Below are positions 1-8,424 of a stretch of 64,000 bases of DNA, one piece after another. The notes beneath the pieces are model-generated. The model ran no database searches, was not told the DNA's origin, and saw nothing but the letters and a program-made list of their open reading frames with translations. The stretch comes from a virus: IMG/VR virus record IMGVR_UViG_3300042446_001440, positions 1-64,000 of that record; one strand, 5' to 3'. The first letter of the stretch is position 1. Each line of letters opens with the position of its first letter. The position numbers and the translations under genes are program-made.

Positions 1-124
1 ATATACATACGAGGAAATATTGGTTATATTAGCGACGGAAGAATGGACAATACCGTTGCCTCCACTTTCTTAATATTTATATGAAACCCTCACTCTGTGG
101 ACAGTGAAACAGAGTACAATATAA

Positions 125-2695
125 ATGTCAAATGAATTCTTAGCTAGAAACGGGCTTATCGCCCAGAACAACTCTACAATAACAGGATCGCTTAACGTAA
201 CCGGTGGTATAACTGGCTCATTACTAGGAACTGCATCATTCGCAGCAACAGCATCATATCTTACAGGATATATATCTCCATTTCCTTATACAGGAAGTGC
301 AATCATATCTGGAAGTTTAACTGTAACCGGATCCCTCAATACATTAGGTAATATTACATCTACAGGTACATTAACAGCACAAACGCTGGTAGTACAGACA
401 GTAACATCATCTGTTAGCTTTATAACTGGATCTACGCGTTTTGGATCATTAGCTGCTAACACACACGTGTTTACAGGCAGCATGAGCGTTACAGGTTCTG
501 TAACTGCAACTTCATTTGCCGGTAGCGGAGCTAATTTAACATCTATTCCAAATGCCGCTTTATCTAATAGTACAATCTCAGGAATTGCTTTAGGTAGCAA
601 TTTAGCTACATTAACTATAAGTACTGGATTAAGTGGAACTTCATATAATGGTTCTGGAGCTGTTACTATTGCTAATACCGGTGTAACATCAAATGTTGCT
701 GGTACTGGTATTTCAGTATCAGGAGCAACAGGTGCTGTTACTATCACAAATAGTGGTGTAACTTCAATTGTAGCAGGAACTAATATTTCAATAAGTGGTG
801 CAACAGGAGCAGTAACAATTACAAACGGTGTTACAAATAATAACCAGTTAACGAATGGTGCTGGGTATATTACTTCGGCGGGTAATGCTGCTACAGCAAC
901 AGCAGCACAAAATGCAACTTTTTTAACTCAAGCTAACGCTACATGGGGAGCTAAAGTACAATTAGGCGGGAATGGAGCAGGATCAGGCGTTGCTAATATC
1001 GCTGTTGTTCAAGCTACTGATGGGAACTTACACATGGATAGTGGTCTTGGTAAGTCCATGTATTTAAACTATTATCATAATGGTATAATATATTTAAACG
1101 GTAGTACATATACTATTAGTGCTAATGGTTCACAATATAATGGTAATTCTGCAACTGCTACAACAACAACAGGTAATGCAGGTTCTGTTACTTATTTACC
1201 TAATAGAACTGATGGAGCAGCTTATCAAGTTCTTTGGGGTGCTGCTTATTCAAATACTATAGGAACTATAGCTTATTCTTGTGCCGCAGTTACTATTACT
1301 TCATCTACAGGAACATTAAATGCTACAACATTTAGTGGTGCAGGAACAGGATTGACAGGAACCGCAGCATCGTTAAGTATTGGTGGTACAGCTGCATCAG
1401 AAACTTTAGCAACAGTAACAAATAGAGGTAGTAGTACATCACAAAATATTACTTTTAGTAATGGAAGAAAAGGATTAATAGGTGTATACGATGCTGCACA
1501 AACTCAAGCTATATTTGCTATGGGTGCTGCATATATTTTAACAGATGGGGGTGCATCAAGCACTATAGGCAATTTATATGGACTAGCTTGGTCATATAAC
1601 CCAGGTTATGGTGGAGCAGGAAATAACCCACAATCAATAGCAGGGTTAAACCATCAGCTATTACATATGCAGAATGGTGTTACTACAGCAGCAATTGGTT
1701 CTGGAATATGGACAAGTGGTGGAATAACAGCAGGTGGTACAATAACAGCTCCTACATTTAGCGGTGCATTAAGTGGTAATGCAACAACAGCAACTTCAAT
1801 TTCAGGATATGGTAATCCAACAACAGCGTCTAGTGCAAATACAATAGTATATAGAGATGTTAATGGTTATATTACTAATAACTATTTCTATACATCAGGT
1901 GGTGGTGCTGAAAGAAATGCATCAGGTATGGGTTATTTCGCGGGACATAATACTGGTGATTATTATATTAGAAGTTATACATCAGCCGCAGTTGCTTCTT
2001 TATTAGGATTAGGAACAGCGGCCTATCAGTCCGCTAACCAAGCATTAAATACATCTAGTAGTCCTACATTTAGTTATGTATATCTCTCTGTATTAGCAGG
2101 AACTGATTATGGTGCTTTAATGTATTCAAATAATGGATCAAGTTATACTCAATGGAGAATTGCAGGTAGTAAAAATGGATATGGAGGTATATCAGATGGG
2201 TATAGTAATGCTCATATAGGAATGTATGATTCTAGTGGTAATGGGGGTGTTTATAGAGAAGTTGGTGGGGGGTGGTATTGGTACTATCTAGTAGCTAATG
2301 CTTGTATGGGAATTAATACATCTACAACATCTGCTTCTTATGGATTATATGTATTAGGATCAATATACACAACAGGAACTCTTACACAAGCATCAGATGT
2401 TCGTAAAAAAACAGATATAGTAACTATAGATAATGCTCTTGAAAAGGTGACACAAATGAGAGGGGTGTACTTTACTAAAATTGGTGAAGAAGAAAAAGGT
2501 AGACAAACAGGTGTTATTGCTCAAGAAATAAATGAAATATTACCTGAAGTGGTAATTCATGCTGCTGATGTTGATGAATACAGTGTGGCTTATGGAAATG
2601 TAGTTGGTATATTGATTGAAGGTATGAAAGAACTTAACGCAAAATTAGAGGCAGCAAACACACAAATTGAAAATTTAAAACAATTAATAAAATAA
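125..2695 (+). CDS. Long tail fibre with C-terminal intramolecular chaperone (peptidase S74)
   Basis: G/S/T/A-rich beta repeats (GVTSIVAGTNISISGATGAVTI); C-terminal SDVRKK..IDNALEKV..RGVYF..GVIAQE..PEVV..SVAYGNVVGILIE followed by a coiled coil, the S74 signature. Confidence 0.9.
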   Translation: MSNEFLARNGLIAQNNSTITGSLNVTGGITGSLLGTASFAATASYLTGYISPFPYTGSAIISGSLTVTGSLNTLGNITSTGTLTAQTLVVQTVTSSVSFITGSTRFGSLAANTHVFTGSMSVTGSVTATSFAGSGANLTSIPNAALSNSTISGIALGSNLATLTISTGLSGTSYNGSGAVTIANTGVTSNVAGTGISVSGATGAVTITNSGVTSIVAGTNISISGATGAVTITNGVTNNNQLTNGAGYITSAGNAATATAAQNATFLTQANATWGAKVQLGGNGAGSGVANIAVVQATDGNLHMDSGLGKSMYLNYYHNGIIYLNGSTYTISANGSQYNGNSATATTTTGNAGSVTYLPNRTDGAAYQVLWGAAYSNTIGTIAYSCAAVTITSSTGTLNATTFSGAGTGLTGTAASLSIGGTAASETLATVTNRGSSTSQNITFSNGRKGLIGVYDAAQTQAIFAMGAAYILTDGGASSTIGNLYGLAWSYNPGYGGAGNNPQSIAGLNHQLLHMQNGVTTAAIGSGIWTSGGITAGGTITAPTFSGALSGNATTATSISGYGNPTTASSANTIVYRDVNGYITNNYFYTSGGGAERNASGMGYFAGHNTGDYYIRSYTSAAVASLLGLGTAAYQSANQALNTSSSPTFSYVYLSVLAGTDYGALMYSNNGSSYTQWRIAGSKNGYGGISDGYSNAHIGMYDSSGNGGVYREVGGGWYWYYLVANACMGINTSTTSASYGLYVLGSIYTTGTLTQASDVRKKTDIVTIDNALEKVTQMRGVYFTKIGEEEKGRQTGVIAQEINEILPEVVIHAADVDEYSVAYGNVVGILIEGMKELNAKLEAANTQIENLKQLIK

Positions 2696-2702
2696 ATAAC
2701 AA

Positions 2703-3077
2703 ATGGAAATTAATTACAGTTGGACAATCAACCCACTAGAGGCATACCCAACAGCTTCAAGTGAAACAGACGTAGTATTCTTAGCACATTGGCAGTTTCA
2801 TGCTACTACTAGTTCATATTCCGCATTATTAATCGGTGCACAATCGTTAATCTACTCTTCAGGATCCGCATTTACATCATTTAATGATTTAACGTTAGAG
2901 CAAGTAACAGGATGGGTTACTGAATCTATGGGCAGTGGTAGTGTGGATAGAATGAAAGAAAATTTAGCTGCACAGATTGTAAACCAAATTAAACCCCCAT
3001 CAGTAACATTATTTTCACCGTGGTTAAATACAACTACAACTAGTACGACAACTACAACTACTATTTTAGAAGGGTAA
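2703..3077 (+). CDS. Tail-fibre-associated hypothetical protein with Thr-rich C-terminus
   Basis: Directly follows the fibre; YSWTI..DVVFLAHW..FNDLTLEQVTGWV pattern typical of small fibre-accessory proteins. Confidence 0.6.
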   Translation: MEINYSWTINPLEAYPTASSETDVVFLAHWQFHATTSSYSALLIGAQSLIYSSGSAFTSFNDLTLEQVTGWVTESMGSGSVDRMKENLAAQIVNQIKPPSVTLFSPWLNTTTTSTTTTTTILEG

Positions 3078-3138
3078 GAAAAACTTGGTTGGCTCCTAGA
3101 TCTTGTATATATTTATATCAAACAAAACAATATAAAAT

Positions 3139-3405
3139 ATGTTACTTATTATCTTAGTAGCCGTGATAATTATCGGCGCCATTATCGCTAATTACAAGAA
3201 AATTAAAGCGATTGTATCTTCAGTTGAAGCAAAAGTAGAACAGGTATCAGAAACCGTATCTCCAGTATTGCAAGATGTAGAGAAAATGATTGATCAAGCT
3301 GCCGCAGCTGCTCCTAAAAATGAAGTAATTGCTAAAGCAAAAAAGGCAACAGCTCAAGTAAAGCAAGCAGTTCCTAAAATGAAAGCAAATAAAAAATCAA
3401 AATAA
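3139..3405 (+). CDS. Small membrane-anchored hypothetical protein
   Basis: N-terminal hydrophobic helix, basic tail, own promoter motif at 3084-3116. Confidence 0.65.
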   Translation: MLLIILVAVIIIGAIIANYKKIKAIVSSVEAKVEQVSETVSPVLQDVEKMIDQAAAAAPKNEVIAKAKKATAQVKQAVPKMKANKKSK

Positions 3406-3410
3406 TAAAG

Positions 3411-3869
3411 ATGAAAACAGTTACATTATCATTAGGTAAAGTATTAGACCTAGACGCAGAATTAAATGGCGTTAAAAATCAACAAACAGGTGAACAATTG
3501 GTAGAAGGATTATTATTTCAAGAGCTACCACTTATTATTAAGTATCACCTAGAAAAAGTAGTAAAACAAACAACCGAGCAAAAGACTCTTGTAGATAAAC
3601 TACGTGAAGATCTTATTAAAAAGCACGGAGTACAAGACGGCGAAAACTTCAGTATTCCCTTATACACTAATGAAGTGAAGGATGCAGATGGCAAACTTAT
3701 ATCAGCCGATATGAATCCAGCATATATTACATTTAATGATGAATTTATTAAGCTATTAGAACAATCAGTAGATATTAAAATTAAAGAATTCACAATTGAA
3801 GACTTTAAAGATATTAAATCTAAAGATTATCCAAAAGTATTACTTTCATTATTGGACGACGAAGCATAA
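3411..3869 (+). CDS. Hypothetical helical protein
   Basis: 152 aa ORF tightly packed in the operon. Confidence 0.7.
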   Translation: MKTVTLSLGKVLDLDAELNGVKNQQTGEQLVEGLLFQELPLIIKYHLEKVVKQTTEQKTLVDKLREDLIKKHGVQDGENFSIPLYTNEVKDADGKLISADMNPAYITFNDEFIKLLEQSVDIKIKEFTIEDFKDIKSKDYPKVLLSLLDDEA

Positions 3870-4112
3870 ATGTTAAAAATAGTAGAAATAGCTAAAGCAT
3901 GGATTGCGGCTGCAAATCCAACACCCGAACAAAAAGCACTAGCTGAAGAGCGTGCTGCTATATGTGGGGAATGTCCCCATAGAAACAATAGTTGGTATGT
4001 TAAAGATAATAAAGACATATGGACTTGCGGATTATGTGGATGCCCACTTAGCAAGAAATTGTTTACCCCTGCTGGTCCCGATGCATGTCCCGATAAAAGA
4101 TGGAAGAAATAA
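3870..4112 (+). CDS. Small Cys-rich zinc-finger protein
   Basis: R..IC.ECP ... C.LCGCPL ... CPDKRW. Confidence 0.7.
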   Translation: MLKIVEIAKAWIAAANPTPEQKALAEERAAICGECPHRNNSWYVKDNKDIWTCGLCGCPLSKKLFTPAGPDACPDKRWKK

Positions 4113-4681
4113 CTAAAATATATTTAATTGAAAATATAGAACCTGGTACTAATAAAGTGTACATTGGTAAAACTATAAATTCTAGAAAAGGTTCTCATAA
4201 AATAACATACGGATCTCAAATTACTTATAGTTATATAGATGAAATTAATTCATTATCTCATAAAGATTGGGAACCACTTGAATCTTACTGGATACAGCAA
4301 TTTACAGCTTGGGGATTTGATGTAGTAAATAAACGCAAAGTTGGTGGAAGTGGCCCTGAATTTCATAAGGAAGAAACTAAAATTAATATGCGTAAACCTA
4401 AATCTACTACTGAAAAAATGCGCAAACCCAAATCAGAAGAACATAAAGCTAATATGCGCAAACCTAAATCAGAAGAACATATAGCTGCTATGATTGCTGG
4501 ACGGACTGGAGTGAAACATAAATCACATAAACCCATGCCAGAATGGTATGGTAAGTTCATTAGCAATATAAATAAAGGTAGAGTATCACCTAATAAAGGT
4601 AAAACAAAATCAGAAGAAGCCAAACGAGCTATATCTGAAAAATTAAAAGGTCGCGTATCTCCAAATAAAAAAATAAAATAA
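4100..4681 (+). CDS. GIY-YIG homing endonuclease with NUMOD3-type repeats
   Basis: KIYLI..KVYIGKT; MRKPKS three times; GRVSPNK twice; KSEEAKRAISEKLKG. Confidence 0.8.
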   Translation: MEEITKIYLIENIEPGTNKVYIGKTINSRKGSHKITYGSQITYSYIDEINSLSHKDWEPLESYWIQQFTAWGFDVVNKRKVGGSGPEFHKEETKINMRKPKSTTEKMRKPKSEEHKANMRKPKSEEHIAAMIAGRTGVKHKSHKPMPEWYGKFISNINKGRVSPNKGKTKSEEAKRAISEKLKGRVSPNKKIK

Positions 4682-4686
4682 AGACT

Positions 4687-4962
4687 ATGTCAGAATCAAT
4701 AAAACAGCTAACAGCTGAAGAACTACAAAGCATTAAAGATCTACAACAACAATACAATAAATTTGTATTTGAATTGGGTAGCATTGAAGCACAACTACAA
4801 GCGTTACTAGCTCAAAAGACACGTATCGAAACCGAAAAAGACAATATCGTTAGCGATATTACTAAATTAGGTGATAGAGAAAGAGAAGTAGTAACAGCAC
4901 TACAAGAAAAATATGGCGTAGGGAACATTAATCCCGAGAGTGGTGAAATTACAGCATTTTAA
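4687..4962 (+). CDS. Coiled-coil hypothetical protein
   Basis: Heptad-rich 91 aa ORF ending KYGVGNINPESGEI. Confidence 0.7.
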   Translation: MSESIKQLTAEELQSIKDLQQQYNKFVFELGSIEAQLQALLAQKTRIETEKDNIVSDITKLGDREREVVTALQEKYGVGNINPESGEITAF

Positions 4963-5047
4963 TTAAAGGATCTCTGCGTTTTGTATGGTTTTATGGATAT
5001 TTATTGCTAGGTAATCCTAATAATAAAAATTTAAACAATTATACACA

Positions 5048-6748
5048 ATGTCAGAGATCATTCTTTCTCCTGGAGTATTCCAGATCGAATCAGACCAAAG
5101 TCTATACACACAAGCACCACAAGTACTTGGAGCTGCTATAGTAGGTCCAACTGTAAGTGGTCGTCCATACGTACCGACTTACGTTACTACATACAGTCAA
5201 TACTTATCACTATTTGGTGATGTATTTAAAAGTGGTAGTTACTATTACGAATATTTCACATCACAAGCAGCAAGAGAATACTTTGCTAATGGTGGTCAAA
5301 CATTATTAGTTACTAGAATCGTTAGTGGTTCAGCTAATATTGGTACTTATGCGTCTTCTCCTGTATCAGCTAGTGTAAATACTTCATTTGAACTTGAAAC
5401 ATTAGCTTGGGGTAACCAAATGAATAGTGTAAGTGCAGAAGTTAGTGGAGCTTTAGCAAGTGGTTCAGCATATAACGTACGTTGGGAAGTAACTAACGTA
5501 AATACTGGCAGCAATGGTGGTACATTTACAATCGTAGTACGTCGTGGTGATGATAATCAATCACAAAAGAATATTTTAGAAACATGGGCAAACGTAAGTT
5601 TAGATCCAATGTTACCTAACTATATCTCTCGCGTTATTGGTGATTTGAAACCAGTATATGATGTTACTAATCAATTTGTAAATTTCTCAGGAAGTTTCTC
5701 AAACGCATCACAATACGTTCGTGTAAAATCAGTTACTACGCCAAACGCAGATTCAATTGATAATAATGGTAATTTCAAATCAGCTTCATATGCTCTTACT
5801 TTACCGTTAGTAGCAAGTGGTTCATTTAGTGGAGGAGTAGCTGACACATCAGCAACTAAATTAATGAATGAAGATATTACAATTACAAATATTCAAGGTT
5901 TCCATCCAGATGACTATAATTTAGCATTTAATTTATTAACAAATAAAGATGAATACCAATACAATGTATTAATGGCACCAGGTGTTGGTTTAGATACAGC
6001 AGCGGCCGATAATATGGTTTCAGTATGTGAAGGTAGAGGAGATGCAATTGCAATTACAGATGCTGGTAAATACAGTACTTCAATTGCAGGCGCAACGACA
6101 AACGCATCCGGTTTATCAAGCAACTACGCTGCAACTTACTACCCTTGGATTCAATTATTTTCTAATAATTTAGGTAGAGTAATATGGTGTCCTCCATCAA
6201 CAGTAATCGGTGGTGTATTAGCATTCAACGACCAAGTAGGTGCTGAATGGTTTGCCCCAGCAGGTTTAAACAGAGGTGGTGTTCCATCAGTAATACGTGC
6301 AGAACGTAGATTACAACAAACAGACAGAGATACATTATACACAGGAAACGTTAACCCATTAGCTACATTCCCCGGAACTGGAGTTTGTGTTTGGGGTCAG
6401 AAAACATTACAACGTAAACCAACAGCATTAGATCGCGTAAACGTTCGTCGTTTATTGATTGCGTTGAAAGAATACATTGGTGGTGTTTCACGTAACTTGG
6501 TATTTGAACAAAATACAACTGTAACAAGAAATAGTTTCTTAGCTAGAGTTAATCCATACTTAGAATCAGTAGTACAACGTCAAGGTTTGTATGCTTACAA
6601 AGTAGTAATGGATGATACAAATAACACAGCTGATGTAGTAGATCGTAACCAATTGGTAGGTCAAATCTATATTCAACCAACAAAAACTGCTGAGTTTATT
6701 ATCTTGAATTTCAACATATTACCAACCGGCGCTACATTCCCTGCATAG
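5048..6748 (+). CDS. Contractile tail sheath protein (T4 gp18-like)
   Basis: LSPGVF..E.D start; WFAPAGLNRG; NPLATFPG.G.CVWGQKTL; LDRVNVRRLL; IQPTKTAEFI. Confidence 0.97.
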   Translation: MSEIILSPGVFQIESDQSLYTQAPQVLGAAIVGPTVSGRPYVPTYVTTYSQYLSLFGDVFKSGSYYYEYFTSQAAREYFANGGQTLLVTRIVSGSANIGTYASSPVSASVNTSFELETLAWGNQMNSVSAEVSGALASGSAYNVRWEVTNVNTGSNGGTFTIVVRRGDDNQSQKNILETWANVSLDPMLPNYISRVIGDLKPVYDVTNQFVNFSGSFSNASQYVRVKSVTTPNADSIDNNGNFKSASYALTLPLVASGSFSGGVADTSATKLMNEDITITNIQGFHPDDYNLAFNLLTNKDEYQYNVLMAPGVGLDTAAADNMVSVCEGRGDAIAITDAGKYSTSIAGATTNASGLSSNYAATYYPWIQLFSNNLGRVIWCPPSTVIGGVLAFNDQVGAEWFAPAGLNRGGVPSVIRAERRLQQTDRDTLYTGNVNPLATFPGTGVCVWGQKTLQRKPTALDRVNVRRLLIALKEYIGGVSRNLVFEQNTTVTRNSFLARVNPYLESVVQRQGLYAYKVVMDDTNNTADVVDRNQLVGQIYIQPTKTAEFIILNFNILPTGATFPA

Positions 6749-6763
6749 GGGATGTAGTTCTTT
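6731..6763 (+). terminator. Hairpin spanning the sheath stop codon, putative intrinsic terminator
   Basis: GCTACATTCCCT-gcat-AGGGGATGTAGT followed by TCTTT. Confidence 0.55.
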
Positions 6764-6797
6764 AATATTTATTAATAGATAAAAAACACAACATAAA

Positions 6798-7286
6798 ATG
6801 GCAGTATTAAATCCAAATGAAATCATGTTTACAGCGTTTGAACCTAAGGTTGCAAATCGCTTTATCATGTATATAGACGGTATTCCCGCATACTTAATTA
6901 AGAAAGCTAATGCTCCTGGATTTGATGCCGGTGAGATCACATTAGATCACATCAACGTTTACCGTAAAATTAAGGGTAAAGTTAAATGGAACGACATAAC
7001 AATGGAATTATATGATCCAATCACTCCAAGTGGTGCACAATCTGTAATGGAATGGGCTCGTTTGGCACATGAATCAGTAACAGGTCGTGATGGTTATTCT
7101 GATTTCTACAAGAAAGATCTTACATTAAACGTTTTAGGACCAGTAGGCGATATCGTTGGAGAGTGGATTATCAAAGGAGCTTATGTTAAAACAGCTACAT
7201 TTGGTGATTATGATTGGGCTTCTGGTGATGCAGCTATTTCACTTAGTGTAACAGTTGCTATGGATTATTGCGTATTGAATTTCTAG
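6798..7286 (+). CDS. Tail tube protein (T4 gp19-like)
   Basis: Follows sheath; FEPK..NRF, WNDITMELYDPI, MEW.R, YKKD..L..LGP.G..V.EW..KGA. Confidence 0.93.
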   Translation: MAVLNPNEIMFTAFEPKVANRFIMYIDGIPAYLIKKANAPGFDAGEITLDHINVYRKIKGKVKWNDITMELYDPITPSGAQSVMEWARLAHESVTGRDGYSDFYKKDLTLNVLGPVGDIVGEWIIKGAYVKTATFGDYDWASGDAAISLSVTVAMDYCVLNF

Positions 7287-7302
7287 AATCTTATACAATT
7301 TT

Positions 7303-7340
7303 AAGAAAAGCGTTTACCTATTTGGTAAGCGCTTTCTTTC
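7303..7340 (+). terminator. Intrinsic terminator (possibly bidirectional) overlapping the next promoter
   Basis: AAGAAAAGCGTTTACC paired with GGTAAGCGCTTTCTT. Confidence 0.7.
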
Positions 7341-7353
7341 TGCATATATTTAT
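7321..7353 (+). promoter_or_regulatory. Bacteroidota-type promoter (-33 TTTG, 20 nt spacer, -7 TATATTTA)
   Basis: TTTG at 7321-7324, TATATTTA at 7345-7352. Confidence 0.65.
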
Positions 7354-7378
7354 ATACGAACAAAAATAAAATAAGTTT

Positions 7379-8137
7379 ATGGCTGAATTGAATTTACCAA
7401 CAGAAATCGTTACATTACCATCAAAAGGTTTATTGTATCCTAAAGAATCACCACTTTCCAAAGGCGAAATTGAAATGAAATATATGACGGCTAAGGAAGA
7501 AGATATCCTTACCAACAGCAATTTCATTCGTCAAGGTACAGTAGTAGATAAATTATTACAAGCACTAATCGTTACAAAAATCAACTACGATGAATTATTA
7601 ATCGGCGATAAAAATGCTATACTTATCGCAGCTCGCATACTTGGATATGGTGCTGATTATTCGTTTAAATACACTAACGAACGCGGACAAGAAACCGAAG
7701 TAAGTGTTGACTTATCAACATTAGATGAAAAACCAATAGACGAATCTTTATTTACAGCTGGTGTAAATGATTTTACTTTTAGTTTACCTAAATCAAGTAA
7801 TACTATTACGTTTAAGTTATTAACACATGGTGATGAAAAGAAAATTGAAGCTGAAATTAAAGGATTACAAAAAATTAATCCAAACAGTTCATCCGATGTA
7901 ACAACTCGTATGAAATATATGATTACATCTATTAATGGTGATAGAGAAGCAAAAGCAGTACGCGATTTTGTAGATAATTACCTATTAGCACCAGACGCTA
8001 GAGCATTACGCGAATATTATAGCAAAGTACAACCAGATATTAACCTTAAGTTTATGCCTGACGATGAAAATTATACAGGGGAGGGTATAGCGATTCCAAT
8101 TTCGCTTAACTTTTTTTGGCCTGACTCCGGAGTATAG
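7379..8137 (+). CDS. Tail assembly chaperone / baseplate hub assembly protein (T4 gp26-like)
   Basis: LPSKG..Y, MTAKEEDIL, LLIGDKNAILIAARI..YG; lies between tube and tape measure; ends NFFWP. Confidence 0.8.
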   Translation: MAELNLPTEIVTLPSKGLLYPKESPLSKGEIEMKYMTAKEEDILTNSNFIRQGTVVDKLLQALIVTKINYDELLIGDKNAILIAARILGYGADYSFKYTNERGQETEVSVDLSTLDEKPIDESLFTAGVNDFTFSLPKSSNTITFKLLTHGDEKKIEAEIKGLQKINPNSSSDVTTRMKYMITSINGDREAKAVRDFVDNYLLAPDARALREYYSKVQPDINLKFMPDDENYTGEGIAIPISLNFFWPDSGV

Positions 8138-8387
8138 ACCACATCTATTCAAACAAATACATGAAATTGTATTTCATGGTGGTGGAGGTTATGATTGGGA
8201 AACCGTTTATAATATGCCACTATGGTTGCGTCGTACTACATTTAATCTGTTAAATGAACATTTCACTAAACAGAATGAAGATGCTGAAAAGCAACAAAAT
8301 ATGCTAAAAAATAATAAATCTAGCAAAGATATAGCACGTCCCAACATTGCTAATCCAACATATACCGCGAAGGTCCCACGAAAGTAG
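8112..8387 (+). CDS. Start-less +1-frame extension of the chaperone (T4 gp51-like segment), probable frameshift product
   Basis: Frame open 8091-8387: FFGLTPEYRPHLFKQIHEIVFHGGGGYDWETVYNMPLWLRR...; overlaps the T7 run at 8111-8117; no ATG before the MPLW motif. Confidence 0.65.
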   Translation, partial: FFGLTPEYRPHLFKQIHEIVFHGGGGYDWETVYNMPLWLRRTTFNLLNEHFTKQNEDAEKQQNMLKNNKSSKDIARPNIANPTYTAKVPRK

Positions 8388-8398
8388 GGCCTTCCCTT
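8370..8398 (+). terminator. GAAA-tetraloop hairpin at the end of the frameshift ORF
   Basis: AAGGTCCCAC-gaaa-GTAGGGCCTT. Confidence 0.45.
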
Positions 8399-8424
8399 AT
8401 ATTTATACTATATACTAATACAAT

